Positions 8,793-18,542 of a stretch of DNA of 64,000 bases are shown one piece after another (the first letter of the stretch is position 1; every line of letters starts with the position of its first letter). Under the pieces are notes generated by a model. That model was not told where the DNA came from and ran no database searches. It saw nothing but the letters and a program-made list of their open reading frames with translations. The stretch is from NCBI GenBank assembly GCA_027078545.1, contig JALWXN010000004.1, forward strand, positions 576,001 through 640,000, written 5' to 3'. The position numbers were made by a program, and so were the translations under genes. Origin of the DNA: Nitrososphaeria archaeon (lineage in GTDB: Archaea > Thermoproteota > Nitrososphaeria > Geothermarchaeales > JDFR-13).

Positions 8793-9986
8793 ATGACCAG
8801 CCCGTCGAAGGCTTATCTCCCCGTCCTATCGCTATTCCTGATAGCGGCTCTGCTTCTATCGGCACCTCTACCGATAGCCTCTGGACAGCCCGCTAAAAAG
8901 GCTGGTATCGATCTTACACAGTTTACACTGCCGGACAGTAATGAGACGTTCTACCGTGTAATGGGTATGGAGAGAGAGGATGCACAGACAGCTCTACAGC
9001 AGATGCAGCAGCTCCTCGAGCAGATGGGGTTTGAAGTAGTTCTACTAGAGGAGATTACATATGAGAATATCCAGGATCTAGACGTCCTTATACTGGGTAA
9101 GATCGATAGGCCGGAGTTCGGCTACTCTGATGAGGAGGTTAACGCGATCGCCACCTGGTTCCTAGAGGGTGGTAAGTTCCTATGGGTATCTGCGGATAGT
9201 GACTATACGGAGCCATACCTAGACCCCAACGACATCACATTCAAGGCTGCTGAGCCCAACAAGATCCTAGAGGCGATCGGCAGCACTATCAGGGCTGACT
9301 ACATGTCTGTAGAGGATCCAGAGAATAACGCTGGCGCTCCATACAGGGTTGTAGCCAACAGAACTGTTGGAGGCATAAACGACCACGAGGTGACGGAGAA
9401 TGTTGATAGGCTACTTGTACACGGACCAACAGGTCTGGCTGGGTTCATCGATGGTGAGTGGGTAGACTTCGAGACTCTTTTAGAGAGGGATCCAACAGTT
9501 ACGTGGCTGGCTAGGACTGGTCCAAACGGCACGGTTCTCAGCCATGATGGTGTACCACCTAATGCCTATGAGGTTGGATTCACAGGTAGGCTCTACCTAG
9601 TCGCCATACAGATGATACCCACAGATTCTGGTAAGTATAGTAAGGTGCTTGTTAGCGGTGATAGTCCTATAGGTAGTTACAATATGTTCAAGGATGAATA
9701 CAAAGGTGTATCTCTAGACGGAATAACATTCTTCCAGAATGTTATAGAGTGGGGTACTACTGTGGAGATGGTTGAGCAGGAGCCTGAGGAGCAGCCACCA
9801 GAGGATACTACTGGAGAGGAGCCTACAGATGAGGAGGTGCCTAGAGAGGAGCCGCAGCAGGACACTGGTGAGGAGCCTGCTGGTGAGGAGGGGGCTACCG
9901 ACAATACCATGATGTGGATAGCTGCCATAGCAGTAATACTGGTTATCCTGGCGGCCGTCGCCTTCGCATTCATGAAGAAGTCATGA
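8793..9986 (+). CDS. surface-anchored GIFT/GldG-like domain protein
   Basis: signal peptide; GFEV..LDVLILG..YSDEEVNAIATWFLEGGK; acidic linker, TM, KK. Confidence 0.7.
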   Translation: MTSPSKAYLPVLSLFLIAALLLSAPLPIASGQPAKKAGIDLTQFTLPDSNETFYRVMGMEREDAQTALQQMQQLLEQMGFEVVLLEEITYENIQDLDVLILGKIDRPEFGYSDEEVNAIATWFLEGGKFLWVSADSDYTEPYLDPNDITFKAAEPNKILEAIGSTIRADYMSVEDPENNAGAPYRVVANRTVGGINDHEVTENVDRLLVHGPTGLAGFIDGEWVDFETLLERDPTVTWLARTGPNGTVLSHDGVPPNAYEVGFTGRLYLVAIQMIPTDSGKYSKVLVSGDSPIGSYNMFKDEYKGVSLDGITFFQNVIEWGTTVEMVEQEPEEQPPEDTTGEEPTDEEVPREEPQQDTGEEPAGEEGATDNTMMWIAAIAVILVILAAVAFAFMKKS

Positions 9987-9990
9987 TCCA

Positions 9991-10024
9991 ATGGGGGTTT
10001 ATCACCCCCATCCACCTATTTTTT
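9991..10024 (+). terminator. possible terminator hairpin plus T-tract
   Basis: ATGGGGG-7nt-CCCCCAT followed by TTTTTT just after the stop codon. Confidence 0.35.
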
Positions 10025-10036
10025 CCCACATAGGGT

Positions 10037-11482
10037 GTGTCCCAGATGACTCCTAGAAGTGGTTTATCCAAGCTATGGATAGCCGTGGCTGCCATAATCA
10101 TCATAGGGATAATCCTATACGCCGCCCTCCAGCTCCCCATGGAGGGTGGCGATACTGGGCCTGTTGAGGAGCCTGTGGAGGAGGGTGGTGAGGGCATAGT
10201 CCTCAAGGTCATCACACGCCACCCATCCACGATCTGGGTGCTGACCAAGAACAAGTTTCTGAAGAGTGATATCGCCAAGGAGTATAACATAGTCGATATC
10301 AAGTTCCTAGGACCCAACCCGGTACTCTGGATGGATACTATCGAGGGCCAGGGGGATATCGATGTGGCGTGGGGAGGCGGCCCCACGATATTCGACCTCC
10401 TCCTCAGGGAGGGGTATCTAGCCCCTCTGGAGGAGCCTGAGACCCTGGAGGTCGTGGAGGAGATACGTGACGATATCGGTGGTAGTCCACTCAAGAGGAT
10501 CGTCGATGGTAAGATCTACTGGGTGGCCGCGGCCATATCTAGCTTCGGCTTCATAGTCAATAGCCACGTTATCCAGCAGTATGGCCTCGAGCCCCCTGAG
10601 AAGTGGGAGGATCTCGGGAGTATAGAGTTTGCCAAGCTCCTCCCCAAGCCGATGGTCGCCTATGCCAGGCCCACCACATCAACGAGCCATACGAGGATCT
10701 ACCAGATCATCCTACAGAAGTTCGGCTGGGAACAGGGATGGGTAGTCATAACGAGGATGGCGGCTAACGGTAGGCCGTACGACGGGAGTGTGGAAGCCCT
10801 CTCAGCGGTTGAGGCTGGTGAGGTGGCTGTATCCATAGGTATAGACTTTTATGGCTATACAGCCCAGCTGGAGTATCCAGGCCTATACTATGTCCTCCCA
10901 TATAACGAGTCCATAATTAATGGCGACCCCATAGCCAAGCTCACAACATCAAAGAATCCTGAGGCGGCGGAGGCCTTCATCAGATGGGTCCTTAGCGTCG
11001 AGGGCCAGAAGATATGGCTGGATAGTAGAATAAACAGGATGCCTGTTAGGGAGGACGTCTTCAAGACGCCAGAGGGTAGGGAGAGGCCCGACCTATACAA
11101 GAGCTATAACGAGACGATCAACAATATAGGTATACCCTTCAACGACACGCTGGCGCTGCAGATAGAGTTCGCGATGAGGTACTACTTCGACGCGGTGCTT
11201 GCCGATGTACATTCAGACCTTGTGAGGGCTTGGAAGGCCATCGTGGATGCCTATTTAGAGGGTAGGATATCCGAGGAGGAGTTCAACTACTGGGTCTACG
11301 AGCTTGGTAAGCCACTCTCATGGGAGGAGGATGGCCAGGTCTACACCTTCACACTGGAGTTCGCCATATCGATCAACGACCTGCTGAGGACTGATCAGGA
11401 GGCGATAGCGAAGTATAGCAGGATATGGAGGGACGCCGCTAGGGAGAGGTATAACAATATCTACAATGCCCTACAAGGTTGA
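10037..11482 (+). CDS. ABC substrate-binding protein, AfuA/FbpA/PgtC-like
   Basis: N-terminal TM anchor, DVAWGGG, PTTSTSH, AEAFIRWVLS.EGQ. Confidence 0.85.
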   Translation: MSQMTPRSGLSKLWIAVAAIIIIGIILYAALQLPMEGGDTGPVEEPVEEGGEGIVLKVITRHPSTIWVLTKNKFLKSDIAKEYNIVDIKFLGPNPVLWMDTIEGQGDIDVAWGGGPTIFDLLLREGYLAPLEEPETLEVVEEIRDDIGGSPLKRIVDGKIYWVAAAISSFGFIVNSHVIQQYGLEPPEKWEDLGSIEFAKLLPKPMVAYARPTTSTSHTRIYQIILQKFGWEQGWVVITRMAANGRPYDGSVEALSAVEAGEVAVSIGIDFYGYTAQLEYPGLYYVLPYNESIINGDPIAKLTTSKNPEAAEAFIRWVLSVEGQKIWLDSRINRMPVREDVFKTPEGRERPDLYKSYNETINNIGIPFNDTLALQIEFAMRYYFDAVLADVHSDLVRAWKAIVDAYLEGRISEEEFNYWVYELGKPLSWEEDGQVYTFTLEFAISINDLLRTDQEAIAKYSRIWRDAARERYNNIYNALQG

Positions 11483-13329
11483 TCAGGTTGTCGATAGGTG
11501 GGGAGGGCCTCTCAAGGCTGATAAGAGAGCTTAGGTGGCGGATGGATCCACTGAACTGGGTCCAGCTAGCCTCCATCCTCATACTTTTTACCCTCTTCCT
11601 CATCCTCCCGATATTCTCGATTATCGTGAATGCATTCCTATATGGAGGCGCCCCATCCCTGGCATGGTTCGAGAAGATACTATCCGACCCATACTACATG
11701 CCATGGGGAGGGGTTGATCTAAGCTTCTACGAGGTTATTGAGAGCACCCTTCCAGACGGGTCTAGGAGGGTGATCATATATATCGATGGCTTCGACCTAG
11801 GGGTAATACCCAACAGCTTTATGGTGGCTACACTCACCACGATATTCTCCTCGATAATCGGGTTTACACTAGCCTTCCTATTCGCTAGGTATAGGTTCCC
11901 CTTCTCAGAGCCACTCAGGATACTGATGCTTACACCCCTACTATCAACCCCCTTCGTAGGAGCCATAGGTATTAAGAAGATGATCTCGCCCGATGGCTTC
12001 GTAAACACGGTCCTGGTCGACATCATCCCGATACTCCCATTCAGGATCGAAATAACCGGGTTGGCGGCCGTCATTATGGTGCAGACCCTACTCTTCTACC
12101 CAATAGTCTTCCTAAACGTCTACACAGCTCTACTAAACATCGATCCTAGCCAGGAGGAGCAGGCTGAGAACCTGGGTGCGAAGGGCTTCTACCTCTTCCG
12201 CACAGTCACGCTCCCCTTGGCGCTTCCCGGCCTGGAGGCTGGTGCCCTCCTAGTCTTCATCCTTAGCATAGAGGATCTGGGTACACCCCTGGTGTTCAGG
12301 GGTACAAATGCGGATAAGCTGATGACGGTGGCTATCTTCAGGAGGCTCTTCGCACCTACAGGGGATATCCAGGGGGAGGCCACGGCGCTCTCATTCATAC
12401 TACTCGTGATCAGCCTGGGTGTCTTCCTCGCTGTGAGGAGGTATATAAGTCTTAGGAGGTATGCGATGCTGGGTAAGGGGGGTATATGGAGGCGTAGACT
12501 GGGCTCCATCCCAGCCCCGATACTCCCAGCCATATACATAGGCCTAATACTCTTCCTCTTCATAGCCCTCCTCCCACATATCGGGGTGACCCTCATGGCC
12601 TTCGCCCAGGACTGGCCGGTCGGGAGTATACTGCCCAGCGGCTACACCCTGAGGAACTTCGAGGCCCTCTTCATGGATCCCGGGGTGAGTAGGAACATTT
12701 TCAACAGCCTCGTCTACAGCGTCGTAGCAATGATCCTGATTACAATCATCGGTGTCAGCTCCGCCTACATAGTCAGTAGGATTAGGGTCCCGGGTATAGA
12801 CCTGCTCGACGCACTGGTAACCATGCCTATAGCTATCCCCGGTATAATCGTGGCGACGGGGTACTTCCTAACGTTCCTGGGCACCCCTCTAAACCCAATC
12901 GAGTGGGGGGCACCCCTACTCATAGCGGCATATACGGTTAGGAAGTTCCCCTTCGGTGTTAGGACATTCTTCGCGGGTCTGGAGCAGGTGGATAAGGCGT
13001 TGGAGGAGGCGGCGATAAACGTCGGGGCCTCAAGGACACGGGTCTTCTTCACGATAACGATCCCACTGATACTGATGAATATACTTGCTGGCTCGATGCT
13101 GGCCTTCATCTACTCCATGTCTGAGGTGAGTACTAGCATAGTCGTGGGTGACGCGAATCACAACGACGCCCCCATGACCTGGAAGATGTATGACATTATG
13201 TTCAAGGGCTTCGGAGGGACGTTCCAGGCAGCCGCTATGGGCTTCATCCTAATGTCCCTACAATTCCTTATGATTCTCGGGAGCAACCTTATTCTTAGGC
13301 GTAGGGCCACCGCCCTTATAAGCCTGTAG
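11479..13329 (+). CDS. ABC permease, AfuB/FbpB-like (two TMD modules)
   Basis: two EAA loops (EEQAENLGA, EEAAINVGA). Confidence 0.9.
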   Translation: MIRLSIGGEGLSRLIRELRWRMDPLNWVQLASILILFTLFLILPIFSIIVNAFLYGGAPSLAWFEKILSDPYYMPWGGVDLSFYEVIESTLPDGSRRVIIYIDGFDLGVIPNSFMVATLTTIFSSIIGFTLAFLFARYRFPFSEPLRILMLTPLLSTPFVGAIGIKKMISPDGFVNTVLVDIIPILPFRIEITGLAAVIMVQTLLFYPIVFLNVYTALLNIDPSQEEQAENLGAKGFYLFRTVTLPLALPGLEAGALLVFILSIEDLGTPLVFRGTNADKLMTVAIFRRLFAPTGDIQGEATALSFILLVISLGVFLAVRRYISLRRYAMLGKGGIWRRRLGSIPAPILPAIYIGLILFLFIALLPHIGVTLMAFAQDWPVGSILPSGYTLRNFEALFMDPGVSRNIFNSLVYSVVAMILITIIGVSSAYIVSRIRVPGIDLLDALVTMPIAIPGIIVATGYFLTFLGTPLNPIEWGAPLLIAAYTVRKFPFGVRTFFAGLEQVDKALEEAAINVGASRTRVFFTITIPLILMNILAGSMLAFIYSMSEVSTSIVVGDANHNDAPMTWKMYDIMFKGFGGTFQAAAMGFILMSLQFLMILGSNLILRRRATALISL

Positions 13330-13340
13330 AGGTGCCGTGT

Positions 13341-14408
13341 ATGGTATCGATAAGGGCTGTAGACGTGACGAAGAGGTTTGGACAGGTAGTGGCTCTCGAC
13401 CAAGTGAACCTGGAGATTAGGCAGGGGGAGTTCTTCACACTACTCGGGCCGAGTGGGTGTGGGAAGACCACATTCCTCAGGACCATAGCGGGGTTCGAGC
13501 TGGTAGATGAGGGCCGTATATACTTCGACGAGGAGGACGTCACCTATGTCCCTCCCCATAAGCGTGACACTGGGATGGTGTTTCAGAACTATGCCCTGTG
13601 GCCCCACATGACTGTGTATGACAATATTGCCTATGGACTGAGGGTTAGGAAGCTCCCAAAGGAGGAGATTGATAGGCGTGTGAAGTGGGCGTTGAAGCTA
13701 GTACATATGGAGGGGTTTGAGAGGCGGAGGCCCCACCAGCTAAGCGGCGGGCAGCAGCAGAGGGTGGCCCTGGCCAGGGCGCTGGTCATCCATCCCAGGG
13801 TACTACTCCTCGACGAGCCCCTCTCAAACCTCGATGCAAAGCTCAGGATAGAGATGAGGAGTGAGATTAGGCGGCTGCAGAGGGAGCTGGGGATAACGAC
13901 TATCTATGTAACCCATGACCAGGAGGAGGCCCTAGCCATATCGGACAGGATAGCGGTGATGAGCGGTGGGAGGGTGATGCAGGTGGGGCCGCCGGAGGAG
14001 ATATATCTACGCCCAGCCAACAGGTTCGTCGCAGACTTCATAGGGAGGGGGACGTTCCTAGAGGGCCGGGTCCTGGAGACTGATCATGAGCTGGTGATCG
14101 AGCTGGAGTCGGGCCTAGGCACTGTAAAGGGTGTCCCATCTAGGAGCGATAGGAAGATCTCGGTGGGTGAGAGGGTACTGGTGGCTATCAGGCCAGAGTC
14201 ATTCACAGTCACCGGGTCGGAGGGCTATAACACCTTTGACGTAGTCGTCAGGAACATAAGCTTCGTGGGGAGTGTGAAGAGGGTGGAGGCGGAGGCTGGT
14301 GAGAAGCTCTTCATAATAGACCTCCCCGTGGAGTACGACGTCTCTATAGGCGGATCGCTAAGGGTCTACGTAAAGCCGTCGAGGACTATCGTGATCCCAC
14401 TAGAATAA
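13341..14408 (+). CDS. ABC ATPase, AfuC/FbpC/PotA-like with TOBE domain
   Basis: GPSGCGKT, LSGGQQQR, LLDEP, VTHDQ. Confidence 0.95.
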   Translation: MVSIRAVDVTKRFGQVVALDQVNLEIRQGEFFTLLGPSGCGKTTFLRTIAGFELVDEGRIYFDEEDVTYVPPHKRDTGMVFQNYALWPHMTVYDNIAYGLRVRKLPKEEIDRRVKWALKLVHMEGFERRRPHQLSGGQQQRVALARALVIHPRVLLLDEPLSNLDAKLRIEMRSEIRRLQRELGITTIYVTHDQEEALAISDRIAVMSGGRVMQVGPPEEIYLRPANRFVADFIGRGTFLEGRVLETDHELVIELESGLGTVKGVPSRSDRKISVGERVLVAIRPESFTVTGSEGYNTFDVVVRNISFVGSVKRVEAEAGEKLFIIDLPVEYDVSIGGSLRVYVKPSRTIVIPLE

Positions 14409-14486
14409 TCGACTCCTTATATATCTACACACTGGAATCCTATGTATAACTAATTATCGCCATAGCCATGGCAGAGGTGGATAGCT

Positions 14487-16538
14487 GTGAATATATGGGA
14501 GATATATTCATTGCTGGGTGGGCTGGCTGCTATAGGTACAGCCGTCTATATGGCCCTCTACATAGCTAGGTACAAGGTCGACGACGAGTCTATGCTCCCG
14601 ATATATGAGGCTATTAGGGAGGGTGCGAGGGCATTCCTCAAGAGGCAGTACAAGACGATAACCTACATAGCAGTAATCATAACGATAGCGCTATACCTGG
14701 CCTTCGACCTACGCGACTTCGGGGGTACGCCATACATAAGCATGGGCTTCGTACTGGGGGCGCTGGCCAGCCTACTAGCCGGATGGATAAGCATGGACGT
14801 AGCTACCCTGGCCAATGTGAGGGCTGCATATGCAGCTAAGAAGGATGTTAGGGAGACGTTGAAGATAGCCTTCTATGGAGGCATGGTGATGGGACTATTC
14901 AACGTTGGGCTGAGCCTCCTGGGAGTACTGGCTCTATACATACTCTTCAATAGGGATCCACTCCTAATAGTGGGCTTCGGCTTCGGGGCCAGCCTAGCGG
15001 CGCTATTCGCCCAGCTAGGTGGAGGTATCTATACCAAGGCGGCTGATATAGGGGCTGACCTCGTGGGTAAGGTTGAGGCTGGGATACCTGAGGATGATCC
15101 GCGTAACCCAGCTGTGATCGCCGACAATGTAGGTGACAATGTGGGTGACGTGGCTGGTAGGGGTGCAGACCTCTTCGAGTCCATGTCGGCGGAGAACATC
15201 GGCGCGATGATAATAGGTATAGCCCTCTCCCTCATAACTGGGGACGCCATATTCATAATCTTCCCACTACTGGCCAGGGCCACAGGTATATTCGCCACCC
15301 TACTAGGTACACTATTCGTCAGGGGAGACCCCTCGAAGAACCCGTTCATACCGCTCAGGAACGGTATGGTCGCCACCACGATCTTCGCCCTTATAGGCTT
15401 CTACTTCCTCATAATGGAGACCCTCGGTAGTATAGAGCTATACTTCGCATCCCTTGTGGGTGTAGTCCTGAGCGTGGCTACACTCGTCATAACCGACTAC
15501 TACACCGGGTATGACAAGAGGCCGGTCCGCCAGATTGCCGAGGCTAGCCAGACGGGGCCTGCAACCAATATACTCATGGGCTTCGCCGTCGGCCTCGAGT
15601 CCACAGCCCTCCCAGTGATCTCGGTGGCTATAGCGCTATTCATATCCTTCGTCCTCGGCCAGAGCTTCGCAGCCACGATAGGTGTAGACCCATTCATAGG
15701 GGGAGTATATGGCACGGCGGTAGCGACAATGGGTATGCTCAGCGTAGCCGGTATGGTTCTAGGCCTAGACGGCTTCGGACCAATAGTGGACAACGCCGGC
15801 GGAATAGTCGAGATGAGTAACCAGCCTGAGGAGGTTAGAGAGGTGATCGACAAGTTCGACGCTGTGGGCAACACCACCAAGGCCTTGACAAAGGGCTATG
15901 CCATGGGCTCCGCAGGCCTAGCAGCACTACTACTCTTCCAGGCATATCTCGACATAGTCAAGATACACGACCTAAACCTCCTCTCGATCGACAACCTGAT
16001 CGGTGTCTTCATAGGAGCACTACTACCATTCATATTCAGCGCCTTCGCCATCAAGGCCGTCTCCGAGGCCGCCAAGACCATGATCGAGGAGGTTAGGAGG
16101 CAGTTTAGGGAGATCCCAGGTATACTGGAGGGTAAGGCTAAGCCGGACTATGCCAGGTGTGTAGAGATAAGTACCCTAGCCGCCCAGAAGAACATGGTCA
16201 TACCCGCACTAGTACCAGTACTTGGCCCCCTGATACTCGGATTCATCTTCGGGGCGGACGCGGTGGGCGCCCTAAACATCGGGGCCACGATAACAGGCTT
16301 CGTACTAGCCATGCTGATGAACACTGGCGGCGCTGCGTGGGACAATGCTAAGAAGCTTATTGAGATGGGGCTCTTCGGTGGGAAGGGTAGTGAGGCTCAC
16401 AAGGCTGCCGTGGTCGGCGACACTGTTGGAGACCCGATGAAGGACACTGCTGGTCCATCTCTACACATACTGATAAAGCTGGTCAACACCTTCAGCCTAG
16501 TCTTCGGCCCACTCTTCCTCGTCTACTTCCTCTACTGA
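14487..16538 (+). CDS. hppA: membrane H+-translocating pyrophosphatase, K+-independent type
   Basis: GGGIYTKAADIGADLVGKVE, EDDPRN, DNVGDNVGD, GNTTKA (Lys signature), GDTVGDPMKD. Confidence 0.96.
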   Translation: MNIWEIYSLLGGLAAIGTAVYMALYIARYKVDDESMLPIYEAIREGARAFLKRQYKTITYIAVIITIALYLAFDLRDFGGTPYISMGFVLGALASLLAGWISMDVATLANVRAAYAAKKDVRETLKIAFYGGMVMGLFNVGLSLLGVLALYILFNRDPLLIVGFGFGASLAALFAQLGGGIYTKAADIGADLVGKVEAGIPEDDPRNPAVIADNVGDNVGDVAGRGADLFESMSAENIGAMIIGIALSLITGDAIFIIFPLLARATGIFATLLGTLFVRGDPSKNPFIPLRNGMVATTIFALIGFYFLIMETLGSIELYFASLVGVVLSVATLVITDYYTGYDKRPVRQIAEASQTGPATNILMGFAVGLESTALPVISVAIALFISFVLGQSFAATIGVDPFIGGVYGTAVATMGMLSVAGMVLGLDGFGPIVDNAGGIVEMSNQPEEVREVIDKFDAVGNTTKALTKGYAMGSAGLAALLLFQAYLDIVKIHDLNLLSIDNLIGVFIGALLPFIFSAFAIKAVSEAAKTMIEEVRRQFREIPGILEGKAKPDYARCVEISTLAAQKNMVIPALVPVLGPLILGFIFGADAVGALNIGATITGFVLAMLMNTGGAAWDNAKKLIEMGLFGGKGSEAHKAAVVGDTVGDPMKDTAGPSLHILIKLVNTFSLVFGPLFLVYFLY

Positions 16539-16557
16539 CCCTTCCCCCTATTTATTC

Positions 16558-16992
16558 CTAGTCCCACTCCTCCCTAGGCTCCCTGATAAACTCTACCCTC
16601 ACCTTGCTGGGGACCAGCTTCTTATACCCCATGTATAGGAAGCCTATCCCGAATAGGATGCTTAGGGCGGTCTGTGGGGCCCAGTTGATAAGTGTCATCG
16701 GATCCTCAAGACCAACAAGGTATAGGGGGGCAAACTCGGCTATACCAGCTGCTATAGAGGCTATTGCCAGGGGGATATCCCTCTTCCAGCTGGGGGAGGT
16801 GAAGAAGAGTATTAGTAGGGTGACTAGTGCGAAGAGGAAGGATAGCCCAGCCACGGCATAGGTGGATATCGCCTCGAAGGGAGCTACCTCGCCGCCGGTC
16901 ATCATGTTGTAGAGCATTATGTTGCTGCTGATGATTAGGAAGAGTGATATTGCTATCCCTACCAGCTTCAGTATCACACTCATCCCCATCAA
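16558..16992 (-). CDS. hypothetical membrane protein (4 TM)
   Basis: hydrophobic ORF with host-like codon usage. Confidence 0.7.
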   Translation of the reverse strand: MMGMSVILKLVGIAISLFLIISSNIMLYNMMTGGEVAPFEAISTYAVAGLSFLFALVTLLILFFTSPSWKRDIPLAIASIAAGIAEFAPLYLVGLEDPMTLINWAPQTALSILFGIGFLYMGYKKLVPSKVRVEFIREPREEWD

Positions 16993-17096
16993 GAGACTAG
17001 GCCGTCGACAGATATAAGGGGTGGTATCGAGCCGGCTCGACTGGCTTGTCGAGCGTAGGGTTAAAAAGCTCCTACCTAGTCTTAGATTAGAGGGTC

Positions 17097-17930
17097 GTGG
17101 TGGACAGTAGATGGATAGTAGTTGTCGGGGCAGGATCCGTAGGATCTACAGTGGTGCAGGGACTTGTTAGGAGTGGGTATAGGAGGGTCAAGATCATCGA
17201 CCTAGACATAGTGTCGAGGACGAGTCTTGATAGGTCCCCTGTATATACGTTGTCAGACCTCAACCTCTTCAAGGTGGAGGCTCTGAGGCGGCATGTATAT
17301 AGTGTAGACCCTACCGCCGAGATACGTCTCTACCCATACATGTTGACGGAGAATAACTACGCCAGGGTCTTTAGGGACTCCTCTCTAGTTATAGACACGA
17401 GCAACACGAGGGACACTACCGAGCTGGTTCTCCATGGGGCAGGTAGCCTAGGCATCCCCGTGGTGTCCCTGGTAGGTGGGGAGGGGGGCTATAGGGTCTT
17501 GCTGAACACTGGGCCTAGGCAGGACGTTGAGCAGGTATATAGTGGCTTGGAGGGGCAGCCCGGGATCGCCAAGGTCTTACAGATGGCCTCGGAGGCACTG
17601 GAGAGGGTCGGGAGTGGGCTTGGCAGGAGGGTAAACAGGTATCCAAGACCCGGGGGGAGCTTCCGATACATGGGTATAGAGGACACCTTCTTCTTCACCC
17701 CTGACGAGAGGGTATCGATAGATATTGAGGGACTCACCCGTGAGGTGGCGAGGAGATACATACTGTTGAGGAGGGGCGACGTGGGCCTAGTCTTCGAGGT
17801 GGATAGGGATGTAGTCGCTGGTGTGACCTATGCGGGGGGCCTCATGGTGAAGGGCGGGGATCTAGACATGGCTGAGGACTTGGCTAGGAACCTAGTCGAC
17901 GACATGATATACAAGTACGTGGTTGAGTAG
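17097..17930 (+). CDS. divergent ThiF/MoeB/E1-like adenylyltransferase-fold protein, cysteine-free
   Basis: VVVGAGSVG, IIDLDIVS..SLDR, KVEAL, LVID motifs. Confidence 0.75.
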   Translation: MVDSRWIVVVGAGSVGSTVVQGLVRSGYRRVKIIDLDIVSRTSLDRSPVYTLSDLNLFKVEALRRHVYSVDPTAEIRLYPYMLTENNYARVFRDSSLVIDTSNTRDTTELVLHGAGSLGIPVVSLVGGEGGYRVLLNTGPRQDVEQVYSGLEGQPGIAKVLQMASEALERVGSGLGRRVNRYPRPGGSFRYMGIEDTFFFTPDERVSIDIEGLTREVARRYILLRRGDVGLVFEVDRDVVAGVTYAGGLMVKGGDLDMAEDLARNLVDDMIYKYVVE

Positions 17931-17933
17931 GCC

Positions 17934-18542
17934 CTAGAGATAGTCCTTCAACCCTGCTAGACGGGTTGATAAGAGGTAGAAGGCCACGCCATAGATGACT
18001 AGGGTCAGCAGGACGACTGGCTCGTCGGGGTATGGATGGACGAGGCCTAGGATCACGTGGGATGGGAGTACATAGCCCGGCAGCTCTATTGGAAGGGTCA
18101 GTAACCCAGCCTCTATCAATAGGCTGAGGATTATTATGCTGGTTACCTTGGCCCTCAGCCCCCTACCCATGTAGATATATGTCGTCACCAGCAGGGATAG
18201 GGAGGCCGCTGCCAGTAGCCCTCCGAGGAGATCCCATGCCCAGAGGATGTGTGAGGCTAGGACGAGTGGGAGTAGTGAGAGTAGGATGGCTGTCGCCTCA
18301 CTCCTGAGCAGTTCATACCTCGTTATTGGGAGGGACAGTAGGAGTACTGGGTCATCCCTAAACCTCCTCACCCCGAGGTATGTTATGGATACTGCTAGGA
18401 GTATAGCCGGTATCAGTGGCCATCTACCGAGTCCTAGGACATGGATAGCTATGGGTGATGCGTATATCGCTATGAGTATGGCTCCCCATACACCTCTATA
18501 TACCTCACTTAGAATCAGGGTGGTCAGTATCCGTGCCGCCAA
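17934..18542 (-). CDS. ABC-2-type permease-like membrane protein
   Basis: LLLSLPITRYELL motif, about 6 TM; abuts the upstream ATPase-like gene. Confidence 0.65.
   Translation of the reverse strand: MAARILTTLILSEVYRGVWGAILIAIYASPIAIHVLGLGRWPLIPAILLAVSITYLGVRRFRDDPVLLLSLPITRYELLRSEATAILLSLLPLVLASHILWAWDLLGGLLAAASLSLLVTTYIYMGRGLRAKVTSIIILSLLIEAGLLTLPIELPGYVLPSHVILGLVHPYPDEPVVLLTLVIYGVAFYLLSTRLAGLKDYL

Noticed and set aside
8628-9986. Archaeosortase (PGF-CTERM-like) sorting signals on surface proteins
   Set aside because: TM plus basic tails are present, but no PGF/PEF/CGP motif precedes the TM.
10037-14408. Firm call as an iron(III) transporter
   Set aside because: Family label is unreliable; substrate cannot be read from sequence and context points to phosphorylated ligands.
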